This document shows, one piece after another, positions 50,978-59,750 of a stretch of 64,000 nt of DNA. The DNA comes from a virus: positions 41,163 through 105,162 of IMG/VR virus record IMGVR_UViG_3300013006_000024, one strand, 5' to 3'. Numbering within the stretch: position 1 is the stretch's first letter; each line of letters opens with the position of its first letter. Position numbers and translations under genes: made by a program. The notes under the pieces were generated by a model. The model had not been told where the DNA came from and searched no databases. It saw only the letters and a program-made list of their open reading frames with translations.

Positions 50978-51127
50978 TTATGGGTATTTGTAGATTTTCT
51001 TACCCCTTTTAACTGTATAGTTCCGTATTTCTTTGTTTTCTTTTGATGGCCAATTAATAACATCAAAATTCTCTTTAAATTGTTTACTAAAACAGTTTCT
51101 CGGTTTATCGCCTTTACCTGCACTCAT
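50978..51127 (-). CDS. 49-aa small phage protein with GKG-x-KPR N-terminus (not in ORF track)
   Basis: MSAGKGDKPRNCFSKQFKENFDVINW...; TGGATT-N17-TAAACT-N6-ATG upstream; stops 8 nt before tRNA-Leu. Confidence 0.75.
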   Translation of the reverse strand: MSAGKGDKPRNCFSKQFKENFDVINWPSKENKEIRNYTVKRGKKIYKYP

Positions 51128-51186
51128 CTTATAAGTTTAACCTTATTTATTTAAAAAATCCATAAATAATTTATAAGGCTTTTAAA

Positions 51187-53805
51187 ATGAATAGGATTAC
51201 GTATTTATCTGGCGGAACTACAGTTATTTCATTTCAAGGCTATAATTTTGAAAATACAAGATTTGTTTATCTAAGTACTACTAGTGATAACGCTCAAGCA
51301 TACAATAATGTAGTTGTTGACTTTTTTCCAGGTTCATCTCTATACCCTGCTTTTACAGGGTTTAAGTATTTTGACTACACATTAACAAATAATATCTTAA
51401 CGTTAAATGTTTCTAATTTATCTGGTGGGGGGTATTATGATGTTATTATTTTTAGTAATGCAGGGTATGCTAAACTATCAGATAGTAATTTGTTAATTAA
51501 CGCACAGATAGGACCATATGTTATACCTACACCGACACCTACTGCAACTATAACACCTACAATTACGCCAACTATTACAATAACACCTACAATTACGCCA
51601 ACTATTACAATAACACCTACAATTACGCCAACTATTACAATAACACCTACAACTACACCTACTGAAACGGTTACACCTACAGTAACACCAACCGTTACTA
51701 GAACGCCTACGCTTACACCGACTATTACACCTACAAATACTATTACACCTACTGTAACAATAACACCGACAATAACACCGACAATAACACCGACAATAAC
51801 ACCCACAATAACACCTACACAGACTATTACACCGACGGCAACTATAACACCTACAATTACACAAACAGAGACTGTCACACCTACTATAACACCAACTATA
51901 ACACCTACTATAACGATTACAAGATCATCTACACCGACTATTACACCTACAAACACTATTACACCTACAAACACTATTACACCTACTGTAACAAGGACAC
52001 CCACAATTACACCCACAATTACACCCACAATAACACCTACTATAACGATTACAAGATCGCTTACACCTACAACAACACCTACACCTACTGGTACACCAAC
52101 TACAACAATTACACCTACAGAGACAGTAACGCCTACCATTACACCTACTATCACCCCAACTATTACACCGACAAGTACAACAACCCAGACTACAACACCG
52201 ACTACTACTGTTACGCCTACAACCACTTTAACTGTTACGCCTACTAGAACGCCAAAACCTACAATTACACCAACAAGAACACCAACAAGAACCCCTACTA
52301 ATACAGCTACACCAACAGTTACGCCAACAACAACGCCAACTATTACACCTACTATTACTAAGACACCTACAAATACTCCTACTCAATCTATTACACCTAC
52401 TCAATCTATAACGCCTACTAAAACAGTTACACCAACCATGACGCCTACTAAAACAGTTACACCAACCATGACGCCTACTAAAACAGTTACACCAACCATG
52501 ACGCCTACTAAAACAGTTACACCAACCATAACGCCTACAATAACACCAACGGTATTTGTCTTTAATGTATTTGATGAAGCTAAAAATTACGTTACACCAA
52601 CAGTAACACCTACTGTAACACAGACAGCAACAATTACACCTACAACAACCCATACAGCTACACCGACAATTACACCCACAGAGACTGTCACACCTACTAT
52701 AACACCAACTATTACGCCGACAGAAACAGTAACACCAACTATTACGCCAACAGAAACAATTACACCTACTATTACACCTACAGAAACAATTACACCTACT
52801 ATAACACCGACTCAATCTATTACGCCTACGCAGACCACAACACCTACAATCACACCTACTGTTACTGTAACAGTTTATCTATCACCTACTCCTACTATAA
52901 CTATTACGCCAACCGAGACGGTGACACCTACAGTAACGCCAACTGAAACTGTAACTCCGACTGTAACACCTACAGCAACGCCAACAGAAACTGTAACTCC
53001 GACTGTAACACCAACTATTACACCAACAGAAACTGTTACACCGACTGTAACACCAACAATTACAATTACGCCTACTGAAACTGTTACACCGACTGTAACG
53101 CCTGAAGCGACATCCACAGTTACACCTACAGCTACACCGACAACAACAATTACTCCAACTATAACACCGACTATAACTGTTACACCGACTGTCACACCGA
53201 CAATAACACCAACAAAATTTATATTCAATGTATTTGATGAAGCTAAAAATTACGTTACACCAACAGTAACACCTACTGTAACACAGACGGTCACACCAAC
53301 TAATTCATTAACACCAACAGTTACACCTACAGTTACGCCGACAGAAACAGTTACACCAACAATAACCATATCACCTTCTAATACAGTTACACCTACTAGA
53401 ACACCTACACCGACAAGAACACCGACAATTACACCCACTAATACCAGTGTACCCACATTTACTTCGCAATATACATACACATGCCCAGTACCGCCTAATT
53501 TAGCTTACCAACCATCCGCTAGTGCTCCCACTTACGTAGGAGTACAGTTCCAAGGATTATGCTCACCAGCACCTGTAACAAAACTAGGTATAACTGCTGA
53601 TAGATTTTCTTCCGGGTTTGGCGCACTTTACTGTTATTTTAATGGTGTAGCCTCGTGTGTAATAAAGAAGGACACATATCTATCTAATAGTAATATATTT
53701 TATGTAATATTTAACGGTGATGCTACACAGACTAAGTATTATGGTAGATTAACACCTAGAACATATTATTACTTTGTAACTGGTGGTAAATATTGGCCAG
53801 TTTAA
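51187..53805 (+). CDS. mucin-like protein: Ig/IPT-like N-domain, about 644-aa Thr-Pro stalk, Cys-containing C-domain
   Basis: ISFQGYNF...[13 protein letters not shown]; PT tract at aa 114-757; C-terminal about 115 aa with 4 Cys. Confidence 0.85.
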   Translation: MNRITYLSGGTTVISFQGYNFENTRFVYLSTTSDNAQAYNNVVVDFFPGSSLYPAFTGFKYFDYTLTNNILTLNVSNLSGGGYYDVIIFSNAGYAKLSDSNLLINAQIGPYVIPTPTPTATITPTITPTITITPTITPTITITPTITPTITITPTTTPTETVTPTVTPTVTRTPTLTPTITPTNTITPTVTITPTITPTITPTITPTITPTQTITPTATITPTITQTETVTPTITPTITPTITITRSSTPTITPTNTITPTNTITPTVTRTPTITPTITPTITPTITITRSLTPTTTPTPTGTPTTTITPTETVTPTITPTITPTITPTSTTTQTTTPTTTVTPTTTLTVTPTRTPKPTITPTRTPTRTPTNTATPTVTPTTTPTITPTITKTPTNTPTQSITPTQSITPTKTVTPTMTPTKTVTPTMTPTKTVTPTMTPTKTVTPTITPTITPTVFVFNVFDEAKNYVTPTVTPTVTQTATITPTTTHTATPTITPTETVTPTITPTITPTETVTPTITPTETITPTITPTETITPTITPTQSITPTQTTTPTITPTVTVTVYLSPTPTITITPTETVTPTVTPTETVTPTVTPTATPTETVTPTVTPTITPTETVTPTVTPTITITPTETVTPTVTPEATSTVTPTATPTTTITPTITPTITVTPTVTPTITPTKFIFNVFDEAKNYVTPTVTPTVTQTVTPTNSLTPTVTPTVTPTETVTPTITISPSNTVTPTRTPTPTRTPTITPTNTSVPTFTSQYTYTCPVPPNLAYQPSASAPTYVGVQFQGLCSPAPVTKLGITADRFSSGFGALYCYFNGVASCVIKKDTYLSNSNIFYVIFNGDATQTKYYGRLTPRTYYYFVTGGKYWPV
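51526..53457 (+). repeat. Thr-Pro coding repeat (644 aa) with 30-bp arrays and a 62-bp duplication
   Basis: 30-bp units at 51550-51652 (x3.4) and 52411-52530 (x4); 52564-52625 is identical to 53227-53288. Confidence 0.95.
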
Positions 53806-53842
53806 CTATAATTTAAGCATGCTTTTTACATAAATATATTAT

Positions 53843-56800
53843 ATGGCCGGTAATGCGCGATTTCATAATAAATGGCATAGAAGGAATCATCATTCTTCTC
53901 CTTCAATAGGTTACCCTGATTCGGGTACTGATCCTATTGCTTCGCCTGAAGAGCCTTTTATTGGTGATTTTGTAACTTATAATTCAATTTCTGCACACGA
54001 AAATCTTTTTGTTGATGGTAATGCTACTGTTCTAGGAAATCTTTCTGTTTTTGGAGATTTTACTTATCTTGATACAGTAGTTTCAGTTACTAGCGCATTA
54101 AGCGTTATTAATCACGGTACTGGACCTGCATTAACAGTTGTACAATACGGTAAACAGCCTATTGCTCAATTTATCGACGGTGATGCATTAAGTGGTGGTA
54201 AAGAAGCTCTATTTATTACTGACAATGGGTATGTTGTAGTTAATGGTAAAACAGCTGCTGAAAAATATGATCCTTATCAAGGAAATCTTTCTGCGGTTCC
54301 AATGGATTTTAATGTCTACGGTAACGGCTATGCTAAGAAAGCTTTTATATATGACAGGCCAGATGGTAATACAGTATATGTTAGCACCACTGGTTCAGAT
54401 TACAACAGTGGGTTGAACCCCTCACAAAAAGTCAGAACAATTAAAAAAGCATGTCAAATTGTTTTTAATGTGTATGGTACCAACAAAGCAACCATTCAGG
54501 TGGAAGCTGGTGACTACACAGAAATTAATCCCATTTATGTGCCTGCAGGCACATCCATCATTGGTGAAGCTTATTTGCGCCGCACAAACGTTCGCCCATA
54601 TCACAAACAAATGGATTTGTTTTGGCTCAATGCTGCATGTTACATGTGGGGCTTCACATTCAGAGATACATGGGATCCTTGTGCAGCAACTGCATTTCCT
54701 AATTTGGACCCAAGAACTGCTGCATACAAAGTAGCTTTCAACACACCAGGGTGTGAAATTAGTACAACCAAACCAGGAGGCCCTTTTGGATTACCAATAG
54801 TCTCAAAACCATTTGTTACCACCAGCCCATACACACAAGGCATGAGCTCCATTACAACTTATCTCAAGGTTCCAATTCAACCGGATCTGTATCCTAGTTA
54901 TTACCTGCCATTCACACAAGTGTTCGAACCATTTGATGCAGGTGATAATGTCAACAAACTATTTTCAATTATAACAACAACTCTGTCCACAGCAGTTGTG
55001 CCAACCCCACCATCCATTGCTGCACCTGATGCTTTCACATCAACTGCTGTTAACATCTTAACATACAGCTTGAGCTCCATAACAGCAGATGTGATAAGAT
55101 TTGTTGATAGCAATTCACCACCACCTAATTACAATAAAACAAAATGTGCCAGAGATACTGAGTACATTTTAAATGCAGTTATAGATGGGTTGACCACTGG
55201 CACATCCACTTCTGCTGTTAATGTAGCAAACGGTTATGTTGTTGGCGGATATGTGCCTCTGCCTGAAGATCAAATTGACCCCACAATCAATGCTTACAAT
55301 TATGCACGCAATCTTTGTCTGCAAGCCATTCAACCTGGCAAACAAGAACAGTCCAATGTTGAACTTTCCTTTGACATAGTTGCTGGTATAATTGAAGGAG
55401 GCATTGTTCCTGCACCAGTAACCACAACCCCATCAGTAGGCAGAGACACAGCCATCACTTTGCTTCAGACCAACAGTGCATTCATTCAAGAAGCAACTGT
55501 GAGATGGGTATCATACAATTATCCATTGCTTGCATACAACAGAAGTTCGTGCTACAGAGATGTTGGATATATCATTGAAGCCACAGTTTATGATTTGTTA
55601 AACAACACCACATTAAGTGCAATAAGCGCTGGTGAAAGCTATAAAAATGGCGCCTTGAGTGTTCTGCCGGAAGATCAAATACTACAGACAGCTGATGCCA
55701 TTAGGTTTGCAAAGTCTGTTGCCGTCCATGTCATTAACAACAAATATTTGCGCACATATGAACAGCAGTTTGATGCAACTTACACTAACGGGTATCAAGC
55801 TACTGGATATATAACAAATGAATTCAATACAATTATCAACATCATTCGCAATGGCACTGCCACCCTACCACCAGTAGTTACAATACCTACTAATACAGAC
55901 GCTGCATACTTGTTAAGTTTGAATAAACCCTTCATTCAAAAAACAACCATCAATTACATTGATAAAAATTTTCCAGGCTTTGCTTATAATAAAGAAATAT
56001 GTGAAAGAGACACAGGAATAATTATTGATTGTGTCATCAGTGACTTGCAAACAGGTACTAACGTCAAAGCCATAAGCGCAGGCAGTCGATACTACAGAGG
56101 GTCCAAGATTGTCATTGTTGGTCAAGAAATACAAACCATTGCTGCGTTAAGATATATCAACTTTTTAGCCAATAAACTGGTTACCAACACACCAGCAGTT
56201 ACTTCACAAACATTCAATCCATTCCTATCTTCTGGGTATTTAATAAAATCAGATGTCACTAAATCGTTTGACACTATAACAGATATTATTATTACTGGTG
56301 AAAAATTACAAAATCAAGTCTTCGATCCATTTGCTCCTACAGGCAATTTAGCTTCTGCATTTGTAGAGTATTCCTGGAACATAGTAGCACAAATTATAGG
56401 CAGCAATGGTACATACACACCAACAGCAACAAGCTCTCCTACACCTGTACCAGGGGCTGCAGATGCTATAACTCTTTTACAAAGTAATAAACCATATATT
56501 CAAAGGTTAGTTGTGGATTACGTAGATAAGATATTTCCAAAACTTACTTATAATAATGATTTATGCTACAGAGATGTGGGCAATGTCATAGACAGCATAG
56601 TTCAAGATCTTGCCCTCAATACTAACTTTTACAGCATTTCTGCTGGTACTTCATATTTCAAACATAACAAGAGTCTCATATCTGGCCAGGAATCGCCCAC
56701 TATAGCTGCATTATTGTTTGCAAATCTTGTATCACAAGCAGTAATTTCTAATGAACCGTTTAAATATTATGCACAGCAGTATAGTCCTACATATGCTTTA

Positions 56801-58450
56801 GGAGGTGATGCTTCTCCATATGTAAAAACTGGCTATACTGTGGTGTCGGGTATCATATTAAACGGCATAGGCTCCATATCACCTGGCACATTTACGCCTC
56901 CAGTTCCAGGATCTACAGATGCAAATTATCTGTTGGAATTAAACAGATCGTTCATACAAAACGAGGTCATTAATTATGTTAATACCACATATCCTTCACT
57001 CAGATATAACATTGCGTCATGTCTCAGGGACACTGGTTACATTGTTGATGCTGTTTCATATGATATCACCCAAGGTAACTATTTGAGCAGCATCAATGCA
57101 GGTAATTACTATTACACAGGCACTGGTGTATCGAGGGTCGCAGGCCAGCAAAAGCAAACAGCAGATGCTCTTGGCTATGCCGATATTATTTCACAAAATA
57201 TCATAACCAATACACCAGTTGCAAGTCGTTATGATGCAGTAACATTGTTGCAGGCAAATAAGCTCTTCATACAGAAAGAAGTCATTGAATACATGGGCAA
57301 AGCCTACCCCACATTCATATACAATAAAGATAAGTGTGAAAGAGATGTTGGAATCATCATTGATTCAGTGTGTTATGATGTGACTAATGGCACCACTGCC
57401 AGTGCAATAGATTCAGGAAATGCTTATTTCGACAATTTAACTGACCAATCAGTAATTTCTGGCCAAGAAATACAAACAGTGATGGCTATTAATTACGCCA
57501 AGTACCTTGCTTTGCAGATCATAGCCAATGAGCCTGTGAAAGTTATTGGAGCAGGTTGCGGCATCAGAGTGGACGGCTCACTTGCAACTGGCTTCTTGAG
57601 AAGTTTTGTTACCGATTCATTCACTCAATACAATCAAGGTGGCAAAGGCATTCATATCATCAATTGTGGTTATGCACAATTGGTGAGCACATTTACTATT
57701 TGCACAACAGAAGGTATAATATGTGAAAGTGGTGGTCAATGCAGCATCAGCACCTCAAACTGTTCCTTCGGGCTGTCTGGATTGGTTGCAACAGGAAAAT
57801 CTACATTCCCTGTGTTGACAGGTTATCAGATAACATCTTCACCACTTTCTGAAAATTATGTTTATGTGCAAGATGTGACACCTAGACCACTGTCTGCATT
57901 TGTTGCTGCTCTGCAAGCTGGGTTTGAGCTTGAAGGTATTCCTGTGCTTGAACCATACAACGGATTGTTGATGAATATTCAAGATGATCCTGCAAGTGAT
58001 TATGATGATTTCTTCAATCCTGATGCATTGCCCAAATATCACAGCATCAAATCAGTGAGTGCATTAGAAGCACCAGCCCCACCGTACACATACAGAATTG
58101 AATTGGAACAGAATCTTCAAGCACCTCTGACTGCTTCTTCCAATGAACCTAAATATGTTGAGTTTTATTTAAGAAGTCTGATTGCATCTTCATCACATGC
58201 ATTTGAATACATTGGCACTGGTGTTGAAATAGAATTGGCAGTACCTGCACTGGGTGGTACACCCATTAATAACAATGAAGCAGTATTCTCTGACAATGGA
58301 ATTGTTTACTATTCAAGTACTAATGAACGAGGCGACTTTAAAGTAGGAGGAGGGTTTAAAGTGGTGCAAAGCAAAGGAACAATTGAAGGTCTTGACTTTA
58401 ATAAGTCAATTCTTGCATTAGTTACACCTTTAATACTCAGTCTAGATTAA
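53843..58450 (+). CDS. 1535-aa virion protein: fibre-like N-module and beta-helix domain interrupted by six helical C-x-R-D repeats
   Basis: VYVSTTGSD...RTIKKA...EAGDYTE (pectate-lyase-like start); six YN-x3-C-x-RD repeats; C-terminal SFTQYNQGGKG...GYAQLVSTF...SNCSFG. Confidence 0.85.
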   Translation: MAGNARFHNKWHRRNHHSSPSIGYPDSGTDPIASPEEPFIGDFVTYNSISAHENLFVDGNATVLGNLSVFGDFTYLDTVVSVTSALSVINHGTGPALTVVQYGKQPIAQFIDGDALSGGKEALFITDNGYVVVNGKTAAEKYDPYQGNLSAVPMDFNVYGNGYAKKAFIYDRPDGNTVYVSTTGSDYNSGLNPSQKVRTIKKACQIVFNVYGTNKATIQVEAGDYTEINPIYVPAGTSIIGEAYLRRTNVRPYHKQMDLFWLNAACYMWGFTFRDTWDPCAATAFPNLDPRTAAYKVAFNTPGCEISTTKPGGPFGLPIVSKPFVTTSPYTQGMSSITTYLKVPIQPDLYPSYYLPFTQVFEPFDAGDNVNKLFSIITTTLSTAVVPTPPSIAAPDAFTSTAVNILTYSLSSITADVIRFVDSNSPPPNYNKTKCARDTEYILNAVIDGLTTGTSTSAVNVANGYVVGGYVPLPEDQIDPTINAYNYARNLCLQAIQPGKQEQSNVELSFDIVAGIIEGGIVPAPVTTTPSVGRDTAITLLQTNSAFIQEATVRWVSYNYPLLAYNRSSCYRDVGYIIEATVYDLLNNTTLSAISAGESYKNGALSVLPEDQILQTADAIRFAKSVAVHVINNKYLRTYEQQFDATYTNGYQATGYITNEFNTIINIIRNGTATLPPVVTIPTNTDAAYLLSLNKPFIQKTTINYIDKNFPGFAYNKEICERDTGIIIDCVISDLQTGTNVKAISAGSRYYRGSKIVIVGQEIQTIAALRYINFLANKLVTNTPAVTSQTFNPFLSSGYLIKSDVTKSFDTITDIIITGEKLQNQVFDPFAPTGNLASAFVEYSWNIVAQIIGSNGTYTPTATSSPTPVPGAADAITLLQSNKPYIQRLVVDYVDKIFPKLTYNNDLCYRDVGNVIDSIVQDLALNTNFYSISAGTSYFKHNKSLISGQESPTIAALLFANLVSQAVISNEPFKYYAQQYSPTYALGGDASPYVKTGYTVVSGIILNGIGSISPGTFTPPVPGSTDANYLLELNRSFIQNEVINYVNTTYPSLRYNIASCLRDTGYIVDAVSYDITQGNYLSSINAGNYYYTGTGVSRVAGQQKQTADALGYADIISQNIITNTPVASRYDAVTLLQANKLFIQKEVIEYMGKAYPTFIYNKDKCERDVGIIIDSVCYDVTNGTTASAIDSGNAYFDNLTDQSVISGQEIQTVMAINYAKYLALQIIANEPVKVIGAGCGIRVDGSLATGFLRSFVTDSFTQYNQGGKGIHIINCGYAQLVSTFTICTTEGIICESGGQCSISTSNCSFGLSGLVATGKSTFPVLTGYQITSSPLSENYVYVQDVTPRPLSAFVAALQAGFELEGIPVLEPYNGLLMNIQDDPASDYDDFFNPDALPKYHSIKSVSALEAPAPPYTYRIELEQNLQAPLTASSNEPKYVEFYLRSLIASSSHAFEYIGTGVEIELAVPALGGTPINNNEAVFSDNGIVYYSSTNERGDFKVGGGFKVVQSKGTIEGLDFNKSILALVTPLILSLD

Positions 58451-58458
58451 ATAATATT

Positions 58459-58821
58459 ATGGCTAATATACCTCTTAATTTTTTCAGAAGAAAGGCAATC
58501 ACCCTCACACCCACCCTATCTTCTGTGTACACAGCACCATTTGACAGAGCGGCTATTATTTTAGCAGCTTATGCTACTAATCTTACGAATAACGATGTAA
58601 CCGTAACAGTAGGTATATCTGGTGTAGGAGCACAATTTGTACCGGTACAACCTTATGTTGATTACGCTAAAGGTATACTCATATCAGGTAACGATACAAC
58701 AAGCCTAGTACCATCTAAACTTGTTTTACAGCAATACGATACATTAATTGCTTCTTGCAATACACCAAATGCTGTGGTATTAAACATATCTCTCCTAGAA
58801 ACACTTAATACGGTAACATAA
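58459..58821 (+). CDS. small virion structural protein
   Basis: VYTAP...ATN...KLVLQQYD...ISLLET pattern, familiar from T4-like aquatic phages; late promoter. Confidence 0.7.
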   Translation: MANIPLNFFRRKAITLTPTLSSVYTAPFDRAAIILAAYATNLTNNDVTVTVGISGVGAQFVPVQPYVDYAKGILISGNDTTSLVPSKLVLQQYDTLIASCNTPNAVVLNISLLETLNTVT

Positions 58822-58823
58822 TT

Positions 58824-59750
58824 ATGGGAAAGTATATTACCACCCCCGAAACAATTAGCGGGAAAGTAAGAGTACGTTTACCGATCCAAGCTCAAGCACT
58901 TTCCGGTAGATATACATTTTTAAACCTCGCAAATGCTGAACCAAATCTCGGTACACCGGTTAATCCTGGTTCAGCTTGTCCTGACCCTGACGGTATTAGA
59001 TATGTATTACTTTCAAATAATAGCTACAGTACAACTGTTACACCGCCTACGTCATGGCGTGCATGGTCGGTAGATTACCCACGTATTGCAGCTTATGCTG
59101 AAAAGAGTAGTTTAGCTATTGGAAACGGACAACCAGTAAATAATAATAGTTTAGTTTTTAGTAATTATAATTACAATACAAACAACAAGTATAATAGTCA
59201 AACGTTTGATGAAAATACATTTAACGTATTTTCTATGAGTGGTATTTATTTGTTTAATGCAACAACTGTAGGTGATCCTGCTAGTGCAACAGCATTAATA
59301 GTTACCGAAAATGGTTTTGTTGGTATTAATACTGATAACCCTGATACCAATTTAACAGTAAACGGTAGTATATCTGCTCGTAATAACGCTACGGTTGCTG
59401 GTAATCTTAATGTAAATGGTAATACAAATTTAGGTAATGCAAAAACCGATGTTAATACTTTTAGAGGTGAGGTAAAAATAGCTGATAGTTCGATAAATTC
59501 ATTAATTTTTGGCGATGGTAATTCTAGCTATGATACAAATTTATATAGACTAGATGTAGGTATTCTAAAAACAGACAATGCTTTTTATTGTAATAGTTTG
59601 AGCAGTACTAATGCTTTAACAGGGGCAGATATTAAATTAACAGGGGCAAGTATTATTACACCTTCTTCAACTACTGATTCAGGGCAATTTTTAATATTAA
59701 ATATTAATGGTGCGAATAAAGCCATTAGACTTTGGGACTATATAACATGA
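58824..59750 (+). CDS. tail-fibre-like protein
   Basis: SGKV...RYTFLNLANAEPNLG N-terminus; GFVGINTDNP..NLTVNG fibre repeat. Confidence 0.7.
   Translation: MGKYITTPETISGKVRVRLPIQAQALSGRYTFLNLANAEPNLGTPVNPGSACPDPDGIRYVLLSNNSYSTTVTPPTSWRAWSVDYPRIAAYAEKSSLAIGNGQPVNNNSLVFSNYNYNTNNKYNSQTFDENTFNVFSMSGIYLFNATTVGDPASATALIVTENGFVGINTDNPDTNLTVNGSISARNNATVAGNLNVNGNTNLGNAKTDVNTFRGEVKIADSSINSLIFGDGNSSYDTNLYRLDVGILKTDNAFYCNSLSSTNALTGADIKLTGASIITPSSTTDSGQFLILNINGANKAIRLWDYIT

Noticed and set aside
50860-51123. Track ORF of 87 aa
   Set aside because: Runs through tRNA-Leu; the alternative-frame 49-aa ORF has an ATG, a promoter and a recognisable motif.
33721-52530. 30-bp repeat arrays as CRISPR
   Set aside because: Units are contiguous, in frame and without spacers; no cas genes.
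52564-53288. 62-bp duplicate as a DGR template/variable repeat pair
   Set aside because: The copies are identical with no adenine-specific differences, and there is no reverse transcriptase in the window.
51526-53457. T-x-T periodicity as an ice-binding beta-solenoid
   Set aside because: Pro every 4-6 residues is incompatible with a beta-solenoid. An antifreeze-glycoprotein-like effect cannot be excluded but has no support here.
33381-53480. Antisense ORFs over the PT tracts (VGVTVGVI-rich and CRCNS-rich; e.g. 33381-33986, 43169-43972, 51435-52226, 51493-51864, 52228-52815)
   Set aside because: Automatic reverse complements of ACN-CCN repeats; they have no promoter geometry and sit wholly inside plus-strand genes.
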